Shown in pieces: positions 54,669 to 63,238 of a DNA stretch of 64,000 bases. The translations under genes and the position numbers were made by a program. The DNA lies in NCBI GenBank assembly GCA_040905045.1, contig JBBDSH010000050.1:7698-71697 (forward strand), given 5' to 3'. The notes under the pieces are model-generated. The model was given only the letters and a program-made list of their open reading frames with translations, ran no database searches and had not been told where the DNA came from. Origin of the DNA: Gammaproteobacteria bacterium (lineage in GTDB: Bacteria > Pseudomonadota > Gammaproteobacteria > Eutrophobiales > Eutrophobiaceae). The first letter of the stretch is position 1. Every line of letters begins with the position of its first letter.

Positions 54669-54947
54669 TATCAGGACGTTACAGCGAAGATCGATCTTTC
54701 GCACTTCAGGATCGATCTTCCAGTTGAAAGTGCGATCCCTGATCGTTGATAATTCAGCGACTTACAGAATTATGAGATCGCAATCCATCTGTCGCTATGA
54801 TCGATGTTCGGAGAAACCATGTGGCGAAGATCGATCTTCCGGAATTTTTGCGCGCCGCTTATAACCATTTGAAACCTGTTTATTTATCCCGTTATATCCC
54901 ATTTAATCCCGCGCGATCCCGGATCTCAATCCATCTGTCCGATCACA

Positions 54948-54952
54948 GGACG
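54948..54952. repeat. 5-bp target-site duplication (GGACG), right copy
   Basis: Directly follows the prophage terminus ...GATCACA. Confidence 0.8.
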
Positions 54953-55080
54953 AGCGCGGGACCGAGCCAGGGATGGCTCGGGGAGCGGAAATGCCCCATG
55001 ACCCTGCCCTTTTCCCCGGTCAATTTCCCATTCTCAATACTTCAGCGACAACCGTACTGGAGTTCGGAACATCCATTCAG
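54948..55080. mobile_element. right half of the MITE split by the prophage
   Basis: ggacgagcgcgggaccgagccagg...ccgtactggagttcggaacatccattcag matches the right half of the intact copy at 59735..59950 and ends 22 bp before the tolA ATG. Confidence 0.8.
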
Positions 55081-55102
55081 ACGGGACCGGCGATAGAAAT
55101 TC

Positions 55103-56035
55103 ATGCTGTACCGACCCATCCTGTATTCGATCCTCATTCACGCGGCCGTCGCCGGCTTGCTGCTGTTCAGTTTCGAGTTCCCTGCCAGGACCATAGAAAC
55201 GCCGCAACCGGAACGTAATATCGTCAACGCGGTAGCGGTAGATGAAGAAAAGGTTCAGCAGGAGCTGGATCGTATCAAGGAGCAGGAGGAGCAGGAACGC
55301 CGTGCCGACGAACAGCGCCGGCAGGAACTGAAGCAAATAGAACAACAACGACAGAACGAGGAAAAAAGACTGGCTGAACTGAAAGAACAGCAAAAAAAGG
55401 AAACCCGGGAACGCGAGGCGGAACAACAGCGCCTGGCGGAACTGCGCAAGGAGCAGCAGGAACTCAAGGAAAAGCAGAAGCGCGAGGCGGAAGAGGAAAG
55501 AAAGCGTCTTGAGGAGGAACGGCGCCGGGCCGAAGAGGAGAAGAAACGCATCGAGGAAGAAAAGCGCCGCGCCGAAGCCGAGAAGAAGCGCATTGAAGAA
55601 GAACGGCGCCAGGCCGAGGCGGAGAAACAACGCCTGGAGGAAGAGAAAAGAAAGGCGGAAGAAGAACGCAAACGCCGCGAGGCGGAAGAGGCCATGAAGA
55701 AACAACTGGCCGAGGAACAGCGCCGGCAGGAAGAAGCGCAGGCGCGCGCCGATCAAAGGGTTATCAATGAATACGGCTTGCGCATCCGGGAGGCCATACG
55801 GCGGCAGTTCAATACATCCGGCCTGCCGGAAGGGCTGTCCTGCGTGCTGCAGATCCGTACCATTCCCGGCGGCGACGTGGTGGAGGTGCGGGTGGTCAGT
55901 TCCAGCGGCAACAGCATCTTTGATCGCCGCGCCGAGACCGCCGTTAACAAAGCTTCGCCGCTGCCGGTGCCCGACAACATGCGCGTATTTGAAAAAATGC
56001 GTGAAATTCGATTAACGTTCGATCCGGAACGCTGA
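55103..56035 (+). CDS. tolA: Tol-Pal system protein TolA
   Basis: N-terminal TM anchor, a long E/K/R/A-rich helical domain and a C-terminal TolA-III-like domain. Confidence 0.85.
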   Translation: MLYRPILYSILIHAAVAGLLLFSFEFPARTIETPQPERNIVNAVAVDEEKVQQELDRIKEQEEQERRADEQRRQELKQIEQQRQNEEKRLAELKEQQKKETREREAEQQRLAELRKEQQELKEKQKREAEEERKRLEEERRRAEEEKKRIEEEKRRAEAEKKRIEEERRQAEAEKQRLEEEKRKAEEERKRREAEEAMKKQLAEEQRRQEEAQARADQRVINEYGLRIREAIRRQFNTSGLPEGLSCVLQIRTIPGGDVVEVRVVSSSGNSIFDRRAETAVNKASPLPVPDNMRVFEKMREIRLTFDPER

Positions 56036-56039
56036 ATAA

Positions 56040-57353
56040 ATGACAAATACCATGATGAAAAAAACCCTGTTTCTGCTTTTCCTGCTCGCCGGCGGGCAGG
56101 CGCATGCCGTGCTCGACATCAAGATCACCCAGGGCATGGAACAGGCGCTGCCCATTGCCGTGATCCCCTTTGCCACGGATATTCCCGACGGCGATGTCCT
56201 GCCCGTCGACATGCACGTCACTATCGCCAACGACCTGTCCCGCAGCGGCCGTTTCAAGCCCATGGATGTAGCCGACATGCCGCAGCGGCCGCACCGCTTT
56301 CAGGATGTGAATTTCAGCGACTGGCGTCTGTTGGGGATGGAGAACGTCCTGCTGGGCAATATCAAGCGAATGGAAAACGGCAATTACGAGATCCAGTTCC
56401 GCCTGGTGGATATCTACAGTGGTTCGCAAATCGCCGGCTTTCGCATCCCGGCCGCGAAAAACCAGCTGCGACGTACGGCCCATCGCATCAGCGATATTGT
56501 CTTTGAAAAACTCACCGGCACTCCCGGCGCCTTCGATACCCGTATTGCCTACGTGACGGTGCAAAAAGAAAACGACGGCAAAAAACTGTTTGCCCTGCAG
56601 ATCGCCGATGCCGACGGTTTCAATCCCAAGGTATTGCTGGAATCCTCGGAGCCGCTCATGTCCCCGGCCTGGTCGCCGGACGGCCGCAAGCTGGCCTATG
56701 TTTCCTTCGAGGGGAAGAATTCCTCCATTTACATTCAGGACATCACCACAGGCGGGCGCGAGCGCGTCGCCGCCCACGAAGGCATCAACAGCGCCCCGGC
56801 ATTCTCCCCGGACGGTACGCGCCTGGCCATGACCCTGTCCAGGGACGGCAATCCCGAGATCTATATTCTGCATCTGTCCGGCAAGCGGCTGCAGCGCGTG
56901 ACCCGTAACCGCTCTATCGACACGGAACCGTTCTGGTCGCCGGACGGCGCCAGACTGGCCTTTACATCCGATCGCGGCGGTTCGCCGCAGATCTACGAGG
57001 TCACGCTCAGGGACGGAAGCGTCAAGCGCCTGACCTTTGATGGCCAGTACAACGCCCGCCCGCGCTATTCCCCGGACGGCAGGTTCATCACCATGGTCCA
57101 CGGCAATCAGGGCAATTACCGCATCGCCATCAAGCGTACGGAAGGCGGTTATCCGGACGTGTTGACGCGCGGCAGCCAGGACGAATCCCCCAGCTTCGCG
57201 CCCAACGGCAGCATGATCATCTACGCCACCAGCGGCAGGGGCGGCTCGGAACTGGCGGCGGTATCCGCCGACGGCCGGGTCCACCAGCGCCTGGCCCTGC
57301 AGGAAGGCGAAGTACGGGAGCCGGCCTGGGGGCCGTTCCAGTCCTCGCCGTGA
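56040..57353 (+). CDS. tolB: Tol-Pal system beta-propeller protein TolB
   Basis: Signal peptide with WD40-like PD40 repeats (SPAWSPDGRKLAYVSF, APAFSPDGTRLAM ...). Confidence 0.95.
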   Translation: MTNTMMKKTLFLLFLLAGGQAHAVLDIKITQGMEQALPIAVIPFATDIPDGDVLPVDMHVTIANDLSRSGRFKPMDVADMPQRPHRFQDVNFSDWRLLGMENVLLGNIKRMENGNYEIQFRLVDIYSGSQIAGFRIPAAKNQLRRTAHRISDIVFEKLTGTPGAFDTRIAYVTVQKENDGKKLFALQIADADGFNPKVLLESSEPLMSPAWSPDGRKLAYVSFEGKNSSIYIQDITTGGRERVAAHEGINSAPAFSPDGTRLAMTLSRDGNPEIYILHLSGKRLQRVTRNRSIDTEPFWSPDGARLAFTSDRGGSPQIYEVTLRDGSVKRLTFDGQYNARPRYSPDGRFITMVHGNQGNYRIAIKRTEGGYPDVLTRGSQDESPSFAPNGSMIIYATSGRGGSELAAVSADGRVHQRLALQEGEVREPAWGPFQSSP

Positions 57354-57425
57354 CCGATTCAACAGATTAATCATTGAGTGGTATGCTTGACCCATTGAAC
57401 AACGGTTCATAAGGAGAACCCGGAC

Positions 57426-57971
57426 ATGACTACACGACTGCTGACCTTTTTACTGCTTACCGGCCTGCTGGCGGCCTGCGGCACAACCCAGGAAACCGAA
57501 CAGGACGCCGCTACCGTGGAAGATCGTTCCACCCGTGCCGGCACCGCCGGTGAAAGCGGGGAAGATGACGAGTACAGCCGCACCTACGGCACCGGCGAAG
57601 ACGCGCGCGGCAGCTTTGCGGAACTGGATGATCCGGGCAGCATTCTGGCCACGCGTACCGTCTATTTCGATTACGACAGCAGTGATATCCGCGACGAATA
57701 CCGGGATGTGGTCGCCGCCCATGCCGAATACCTGGCCGCCAACCCGGATCTGAACGTTTCCCTGGAAGGTCACGCCGACGAACGCGGCTCGCGGGAATAC
57801 AATCTGGCCCTGGGCGAACGCCGCGCCCTGTCGGTAAAACAACAGATGATGGTACTCGGCGCCCGATCCGACCAGATCCGCGTCACCAGTTACGGTGAAG
57901 AACGCCCGGCCGTGGAGGGCACCGGCGAATCCGTCTGGAGTCAGAACCGGCGCGTGGAAATCCTTTATTAA
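57426..57971 (+). CDS. pal: peptidoglycan-associated lipoprotein Pal (OmpA-family)
   Basis: Lipobox LLAACG and OmpA C-domain motif NVSLEGHADERGSREYNLALGERRA. Confidence 0.9.
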   Translation: MTTRLLTFLLLTGLLAACGTTQETEQDAATVEDRSTRAGTAGESGEDDEYSRTYGTGEDARGSFAELDDPGSILATRTVYFDYDSSDIRDEYRDVVAAHAEYLAANPDLNVSLEGHADERGSREYNLALGERRALSVKQQMMVLGARSDQIRVTSYGEERPAVEGTGESVWSQNRRVEILY

Positions 57972-57991
57972 CCAGGCCTGGAGGCGGAATC

Positions 57992-58975
57992 TTGCTGAAC
58001 CGATATCGATACAGCCTCGTTGTTTTCTGTGTGGCAGGAATGCTGTCTGCGCAGATCGCGGCCCAGGAGGATGAACAACCCACTATCGAACAGCGTCTGG
58101 ATCGCATGGAGCGCCTGCTCTCGAGCCAGGGTTTGATGGGTATGCTGGAGCAGCTTCAGGATCTGCAGGAAGAAGTCCGCCAGTTGCGCGGTGAGATGGA
58201 AGTGCAGAATCACAAAATCGATCAAATGCAGCAGCGCCAGCGCAATCTGTATGCGGACATCGACCAGCGCCTGCGGCGGCTCCAGTCGGGTGGTTCCGCT
58301 ACCGCGGACACGGCGCCGGCCGGGAACGCGGGTGATGACGCCGACAGTCCGCCGCTGGCCACCCTGTCACCGATCATCGGCGACGATACGGCGGGTCGGA
58401 GCAGCGACAGCGCCCTGACCGTGGAGATCACCGGGGAAAGCAACGGCGAGTCCGGGGCCGCGCCGCGGGCCGAGGACACAGCCCCGGATGAAACAGTGGC
58501 AGGTGATGACGCCGCCGCGGATATTCAGCCGGCGGCAATAGAACACGCCACACTCGTAAGCCCGGTGCAGATCCGGGCGCAATATCAGGAAGCCTTCGGA
58601 TTACTGAAGCAGTCCCGCTATGATCAGGCCATCCGCAGATTCACCGAATTCCTGTCCGCCCATCCCGACAGCGACTATTCCGACAACGCCCAGTACTGGC
58701 TGGCGGAGGCCTATTACGTCACCCGGGACTTCGAACCGGCGCTGGAGGAATACCGTAAACTGGTTAACAATTATCCCGACAGTCAGAAACTGACCCACGG
58801 CCTGCTCAAAATCGGTTACACCCTGCAGGAACTGGACAGGCCGGACGAGGCGAAACAGCAGTTGCAGGACTTGATCGAGAAACATCCGGGCACCACCGCC
58901 GCGCGCCTGGCGGAGGAACGGTTGCAGCGCATGAGTGCCGCCGCCGCTGATGTATCCTCCGGGTCGTCGGAATAA
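57992..58975 (+). CDS. cpoB: cell division coordinator CpoB (YbgF), TPR-containing
   Basis: Signal peptide, coiled-coil, C-terminal TPR repeats (AQYWLAEAYYVTRDFEPALEEYRKL). Confidence 0.8.
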   Translation: MLNRYRYSLVVFCVAGMLSAQIAAQEDEQPTIEQRLDRMERLLSSQGLMGMLEQLQDLQEEVRQLRGEMEVQNHKIDQMQQRQRNLYADIDQRLRRLQSGGSATADTAPAGNAGDDADSPPLATLSPIIGDDTAGRSSDSALTVEITGESNGESGAAPRAEDTAPDETVAGDDAAADIQPAAIEHATLVSPVQIRAQYQEAFGLLKQSRYDQAIRRFTEFLSAHPDSDYSDNAQYWLAEAYYVTRDFEPALEEYRKLVNNYPDSQKLTHGLLKIGYTLQELDRPDEAKQQLQDLIEKHPGTTAARLAEERLQRMSAAAADVSSGSSE

Positions 58976-58985
58976 TAACCTTTCC

Positions 58986-59669
58986 ATGAGCGCAACCATG
59001 GCCACCGTAGAGCAGCCCGGCGTCCTCAACCGGACCCTGCGTATCAACGAGATTTTTCTGTCCTTGCAGGGCGAGACCGGCAAGACCGGCCTGCCCACGG
59101 CTTTTATCCGCCTGACCGGCTGCCCGCTGCGCTGCACCTACTGCGATACCGAATACGCCTTTTATAAAGGCGAAAAACAAACCATCGGCGCCATCATGCA
59201 GACCATCGCCGGATACCGCACCCGCCATGTCACCGTCACCGGCGGCGAACCCCTGGCGCAGAAAGACTGCATCCCGTTACTGGCGCATCTCTGCAATGAA
59301 GGCTATCAGGTATCACTGGAAACCAGCGGCGCCATGGATATCTCCGGCATCGACCCGCGCGTAATGAAAGTCCTCGATCTGAAAACACCGGCATCCGGTG
59401 AAGAAAGCAAAAACCGCTTCGAGAACCTGAAACACATCGACGGACAGGATCAGATCAAGTTCGTCATTTGTGATCGCGAGGATTACGATTGGTCGAAGAT
59501 GGTCCTCAATCAATACCAGTTGAACGAACGCTGCGAGGTTCTCTTCTCACCGAGTCATGATCAACTGCCGGCCGCGCAACTGGCCGACTGGATCCTTGAA
59601 GACAAGCTGCCCGTGCGTTTCCAGATCCAGCTGCACAAATACCTCTGGGGCGATGTGCCGGGCAAATAA
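58986..59669 (+). CDS. queE: 7-carboxy-7-deazaguanine synthase (radical SAM)
   Basis: INEIFLSLQGETGKTGLPTAFIRLTGCPLRCTYCDT matches the QueE N-terminus; the start is ATG 58986, not the track ORF 58935 which overlaps cpoB. Confidence 0.85.
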   Translation: MSATMATVEQPGVLNRTLRINEIFLSLQGETGKTGLPTAFIRLTGCPLRCTYCDTEYAFYKGEKQTIGAIMQTIAGYRTRHVTVTGGEPLAQKDCIPLLAHLCNEGYQVSLETSGAMDISGIDPRVMKVLDLKTPASGEESKNRFENLKHIDGQDQIKFVICDREDYDWSKMVLNQYQLNERCEVLFSPSHDQLPAAQLADWILEDKLPVRFQIQLHKYLWGDVPGK

Positions 59670-59734
59670 CTGCCAGGCTCGGGTGTCAGGATCAGGGCTT
59701 TATTTATAATTCATGTTTCCCTCTGAGATAAACC

Positions 59735-59950
59735 CTAAATAAGTGTTCCGAATTCCAGTACAGTTACAGTCCGGCTCGAAGACAGGCCGGGATCATGGTG
59801 TTGGAGCGACTAGCGCCATGGATGAGCGCGGGACCGGGCCAGGGACGGCCCGGGGAGCGGAAACACCATGATCCCGGCCTGTCTTCCGGCCAATGTCTCA
59901 TACTCCCTGTTTCAACGACAACTGTACTGGAATTCGGAACATCTATTTAG
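59735..59950. mobile_element. intact MITE (216 bp) of the same family as the copy split by the prophage
   Basis: ctaaataagtgttccgaattccagtacagtt ... aactgtactggaattcggaacatctatttag are terminal inverted repeats, and the internal sequence is collinear with 16441..16532 plus 54948..55080. Confidence 0.8.
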
Positions 59951-60022
59951 TTGTGGGAGCGGCGACCCCGGCTTACTACATGCCGGGGCAGGCCCCGCCG
60001 CTAATCCGGTCATGGCCCGGCC

Positions 60023-60700
60023 ATGAAAGCTGTCGTTTTATTGTCCGGCGGGCTCGATTCCGCCACCACGCTTGCTATCGCCCGCGACCAAGGTTACGAC
60101 TGCCATGTCCTCAGCTTTGACTATGGCCAGCGCCACGAATCCGAACTGCAGGCGGCACGGCGTGTTGCCGAAAGCATGAACGTTGTCGAACACAGGATCC
60201 TTGAGATTGATCTGACCCAAATCGGCGGTTCGGCCCTGACGGATAACAGCATCGACATACCCGAAGAGCCGGGCGAGGGTATCCCCGTCACTTACGTCCC
60301 GGCACGCAATACCATATTCCTGTCCTTCGCCCTGGCTTACGCGGAGGTAATCGGCGCCGGCAATATCTTTATCGGCGTCAACGCCGTGGATTATTCTGGC
60401 TACCCCGACTGCCGTCCGGAATACATCCGTGCCTTCGAGACAATGGCCAATCTCGCCACCAAAACCGGCGTGGAAGGCAACAAACTGACCATACATACGC
60501 CGCTCATGGATCTCAGTAAAGCGGAGATCATAAAAAAGGGGGCAGGCCTGGGCGTGGATTATTCACTCACCGTTTCCTGCTACCAGGCAGACAGCGAAGG
60601 CCGCGCCTGCGGCGTCTGCGATTCCTGCCGATTCAGGAAACAGGGTTTCCTGGATGCCGGCATCCCCGATCCGACGGTATATTTTTCCCATGATAAATAA
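60023..60700 (+). CDS. queC: 7-cyano-7-deazaguanine synthase
   Basis: [20 protein letters not shown]-loop with C-terminal zinc-binding Cys cluster ([10 protein letters not shown]). Confidence 0.9.
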   Translation: MKAVVLLSGGLDSATTLAIARDQGYDCHVLSFDYGQRHESELQAARRVAESMNVVEHRILEIDLTQIGGSALTDNSIDIPEEPGEGIPVTYVPARNTIFLSFALAYAEVIGAGNIFIGVNAVDYSGYPDCRPEYIRAFETMANLATKTGVEGNKLTIHTPLMDLSKAEIIKKGAGLGVDYSLTVSCYQADSEGRACGVCDSCRFRKQGFLDAGIPDPTVYFSHDK

Positions 60701-60714
60701 ATAACCGGTATCGC

Positions 60715-61185
60715 TTGCCCGTAATGACCGACAAAGCAGCCGTCTTCAGAAAATACGTTTTCGACGAGATGTCGAAATTCAGGCAGCCCGAGCATCTGCG
60801 CAACTTCATCGAATCACTGGATGATGGGCAGATCGAGACGCTATGCGACTGGTTGTCCGCGTGGCGGAATAACGAAATGCATCGTTTCATCGGCCAGAGC
60901 CCTCGGGAGTGGAAGATTGCGGACGTGCCTATCTCAAAGATCAAGGTCGGGGACGTGAACGAAATCGTCAAACCAATGCTGAAAAGAAACCGTTACCGGC
61001 TCGACGCCATCGCCGCCGATCCCGAGATCGGCAATCACTTCGAGTTCGCCTGGCCCCACAAATATCAACCCGGCGAACTGATCGCCGTAAAACAGGGCAA
61101 CATGTACCTGCTGAAAGACGGTATTCACCGCGCCATCCGGGCAGCCTGTGACGGCACGACCGAATTCAGGCTCATGTATTACTGA
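60715..61185 (+). CDS. hypothetical protein with a ParB/Srx-like motif
   Basis: 156 aa, GNMYLLKDGIHRAIRAA resembles the ParB N-terminal-domain DGxHR motif. Confidence 0.3.
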   Translation: MPVMTDKAAVFRKYVFDEMSKFRQPEHLRNFIESLDDGQIETLCDWLSAWRNNEMHRFIGQSPREWKIADVPISKIKVGDVNEIVKPMLKRNRYRLDAIAADPEIGNHFEFAWPHKYQPGELIAVKQGNMYLLKDGIHRAIRAACDGTTEFRLMYY

Positions 61186-61220
61186 ATCCTTTTACCGGTT
61201 CACCTTCGAACATTAACCTG

Positions 61221-61715
61221 ATGCCCCGCTATTCCATTCCCGCACAATGCCTCGGCCTTGCCGGCTGGCTGGCACTGACGTTTGCCGCCGCGGCAATCGG
61301 CGGCATCGCATCCGCCGCCGCGGGTGATTTTTATATACAACTCGCGCGTCCTGTTTGGGCGCCCCCGGGCTGGCTGTTCGCGCCGGCCTGGACAACGCTC
61401 TATATTCTTATGGCCGTCTCCGCCTGGCTGGTCTGGAGAAAACACGGTTTTCAAAACGCACGCACGGCCCTGATTTTTTTCATGATCCAGCTTGCCGTTA
61501 ATGCATTATGGACCTGGCTGTTCTTTGTCTGGCGTATGGGTGGGGTGGCGTTTGCGGAGATCCTGCTTCTCTGGGTCCTGATCGCAGTAACCATGGCCGC
61601 GTTCCGCCGGCTGCATACGCCGGCCGCCATTCTGCTGCTGCCTTACCTGGCCTGGGTTACCTATGCGGCGGCGCTCACTTTTTCAGTATGGATACTGAAT
61701 CCGGATATCTTATAG
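61221..61715 (+). CDS. tspO: tryptophan-rich sensory protein TspO/MBR
   Basis: Five TM helices with conserved W/P pattern (APPGWLFAPAWTTLYILMAVSAWLVW). Confidence 0.8.
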   Translation: MPRYSIPAQCLGLAGWLALTFAAAAIGGIASAAAGDFYIQLARPVWAPPGWLFAPAWTTLYILMAVSAWLVWRKHGFQNARTALIFFMIQLAVNALWTWLFFVWRMGGVAFAEILLLWVLIAVTMAAFRRLHTPAAILLLPYLAWVTYAAALTFSVWILNPDIL

Positions 61716-62050
61716 CTGCGAGAGCACAATTCTCTCCTGGAAGTTCTTCAGCATCGTCTTCCACCGGATTGCAGAAACACTTTGTATATTAATGAATAAT
61801 TAAACATTCAGGTGTCGATTGACATTGTGTCAATCTTGTTCGTAAATGTTACGACTCCATCACAATTTTGTGAGCTATACCTCTTTAATGGGAATCTCAA
61901 ACGAGACAACCTGCGCTTCTTCCACATGAGTGTCTTGAACGAAACCGAAATCCGTACTCTCAATGAAGCGCTCGACGACGAATATCGGGCCTTGGCAACC
62001 TACGACCAAATGCTGGCGGATTTCGTTGATGTGCAGCCGTTCCATCTTGC

Positions 62051-62728
62051 ATGAGGCATTACTCCATGGCTAAAGACGCTCCTTTCGAGACCCACCATCA
62101 ACGCTATGAGGCGTGGTTCGGTGAACACGAGGCAGCCTATATTTCGGAACTGCTCGCTCTGCGCCCATTCATACCCTGGGAGGGACGGGGGCTTGAGATC
62201 GGGGTGGGCAGCGGCCGTTTTGCCGCCCCGTTGGGCATTCAGGTCGGGCTGGATCCCTCGCCGGCGATGCTGAGTCATGCCGCCGCACGCGGCATAGAAA
62301 CCGTGGAAGGTATTGCCGAAAACCTGCCCTTCACCGATTGCAGTTTCGACCATAGCCTGGTAGTGACTACGATCTGTTTCGTGGATTCCGCGGAAAAGAT
62401 GCTTGCTGAAGCGTACCGGGTTCTGAAGCCGGAAGGGCGTCTGATAATCGGCTTCATCGACAGAGAGAGCGACATAGGGCAGGATTATCTGGCGCATCAG
62501 GACACGAGTATCTTTTACCGCAACGCCACGTTTTATTCCGCCGGCGAAGTAGAGCAACTGCTGCTGGAGACCGGTTTCTCAATCGACACGTGGGCACAGA
62601 CGCTCGCCAATCCCCTGCCTGAGACCCGGACAATCGAACCACTGTATCCGGGACGGGGCCGCTGTGCGTTCGTGGTCGTCACGGCCGCGAAACAGACTGC
62701 GTACGAATCGATCGCAAAACCGGTTTGA
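62051..62728 (+). CDS. class I SAM-dependent methyltransferase
   Basis: Motif I LEIGVGSGRFAAPLG with a Methyltransf_11-like fold. Confidence 0.7.
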   Translation: MRHYSMAKDAPFETHHQRYEAWFGEHEAAYISELLALRPFIPWEGRGLEIGVGSGRFAAPLGIQVGLDPSPAMLSHAAARGIETVEGIAENLPFTDCSFDHSLVVTTICFVDSAEKMLAEAYRVLKPEGRLIIGFIDRESDIGQDYLAHQDTSIFYRNATFYSAGEVEQLLLETGFSIDTWAQTLANPLPETRTIEPLYPGRGRCAFVVVTAAKQTAYESIAKPV

Positions 62729-62788
62729 TTGATACAACGATAAATTTATTAACCCATCAGAAAGGGGATGACGATATGTCGACCTTAG

Positions 62789-63016
62789 TCAGGTCTTCTT
62801 CACCCACCGCTCTCCCTTTTTCTCATAGGACTCCTTGACCGCCGCCCAGGCGACACGATGGGCGGTTTCCTCGCGGCCGGCATCGCCGCGGCGTTTACCG
62901 GGGTCTTTGTATTCATCCCAGGCGCTGTTGTAAGCTTTGCGATAAATGGTCTGTGCGGCCTGTGGCAGGTGCTCACGGACCGGTTTCGGCAGGTCGGCAT
63001 TGCGGTCATATGGCAT
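62789..63016 (-). CDS. ChaB-family protein
   Basis: MPYDRNADLPKPVREHLPQAAQTIYRKAYNSAWDEY...AHRVAWAAVKESYEK matches the ChaB family pattern. Confidence 0.5.
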   Translation of the reverse strand: MPYDRNADLPKPVREHLPQAAQTIYRKAYNSAWDEYKDPGKRRGDAGREETAHRVAWAAVKESYEKKGERWVKKT

Positions 63017-63238
63017 TGTATTTACCCCATAATCCAGCCTGGATAATCCTGCACCGACTGGTGCGGAATTTATATGTACAAAACATTATAGACAGCAGGA
63101 TATCGTCAATATCATGATCCCTGTCAAAGTTTTACCAATGAGCGTATCACTTCAGAATTGCTGAATGACTACGGAACCCGATACCTGCGCCAACACTACT
63201 CGCGGAAATACCGACGGCTGAGGCCCGGTTAAAAGTGA

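Larger units (their letters stand above)
16533..54947. mobile_element. Mu-like transposable prophage (38,415 bp) with siphovirus-type tail genes and a DGR
   Basis: Termini are 5'-TG..CA-3'. Both ends carry inward-facing copies of a ~17-bp motif CA(C/G)ATGG(T/A)TTG(A/C)GATC (16543, 16566; 54773, 54822 partial, 54922). It has a 5-bp TSD and carries MuA/MuB, Mor, GemA, Gam, DUF3486-terminase-DUF935 portal-MuF, I-like protease, gp36 and G-like genes. Confidence 0.85.

Noticed and set aside
55034-57410. Minus-strand ORFs of 240 aa and 488 aa
   Set aside because: They are antisense to tolA and tolB, which are clearly identified by domain architecture and conserved operon position.
61926-62054. 42-aa ORF (MSVLNETEIRTLNEALDDEYRALATYDQML...) resembling the start of a ferritin-like/DUF2202 protein
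   Set aside because: It is too short and truncated to call. It may be a gene fragment or pseudogene remnant upstream of the methyltransferase.
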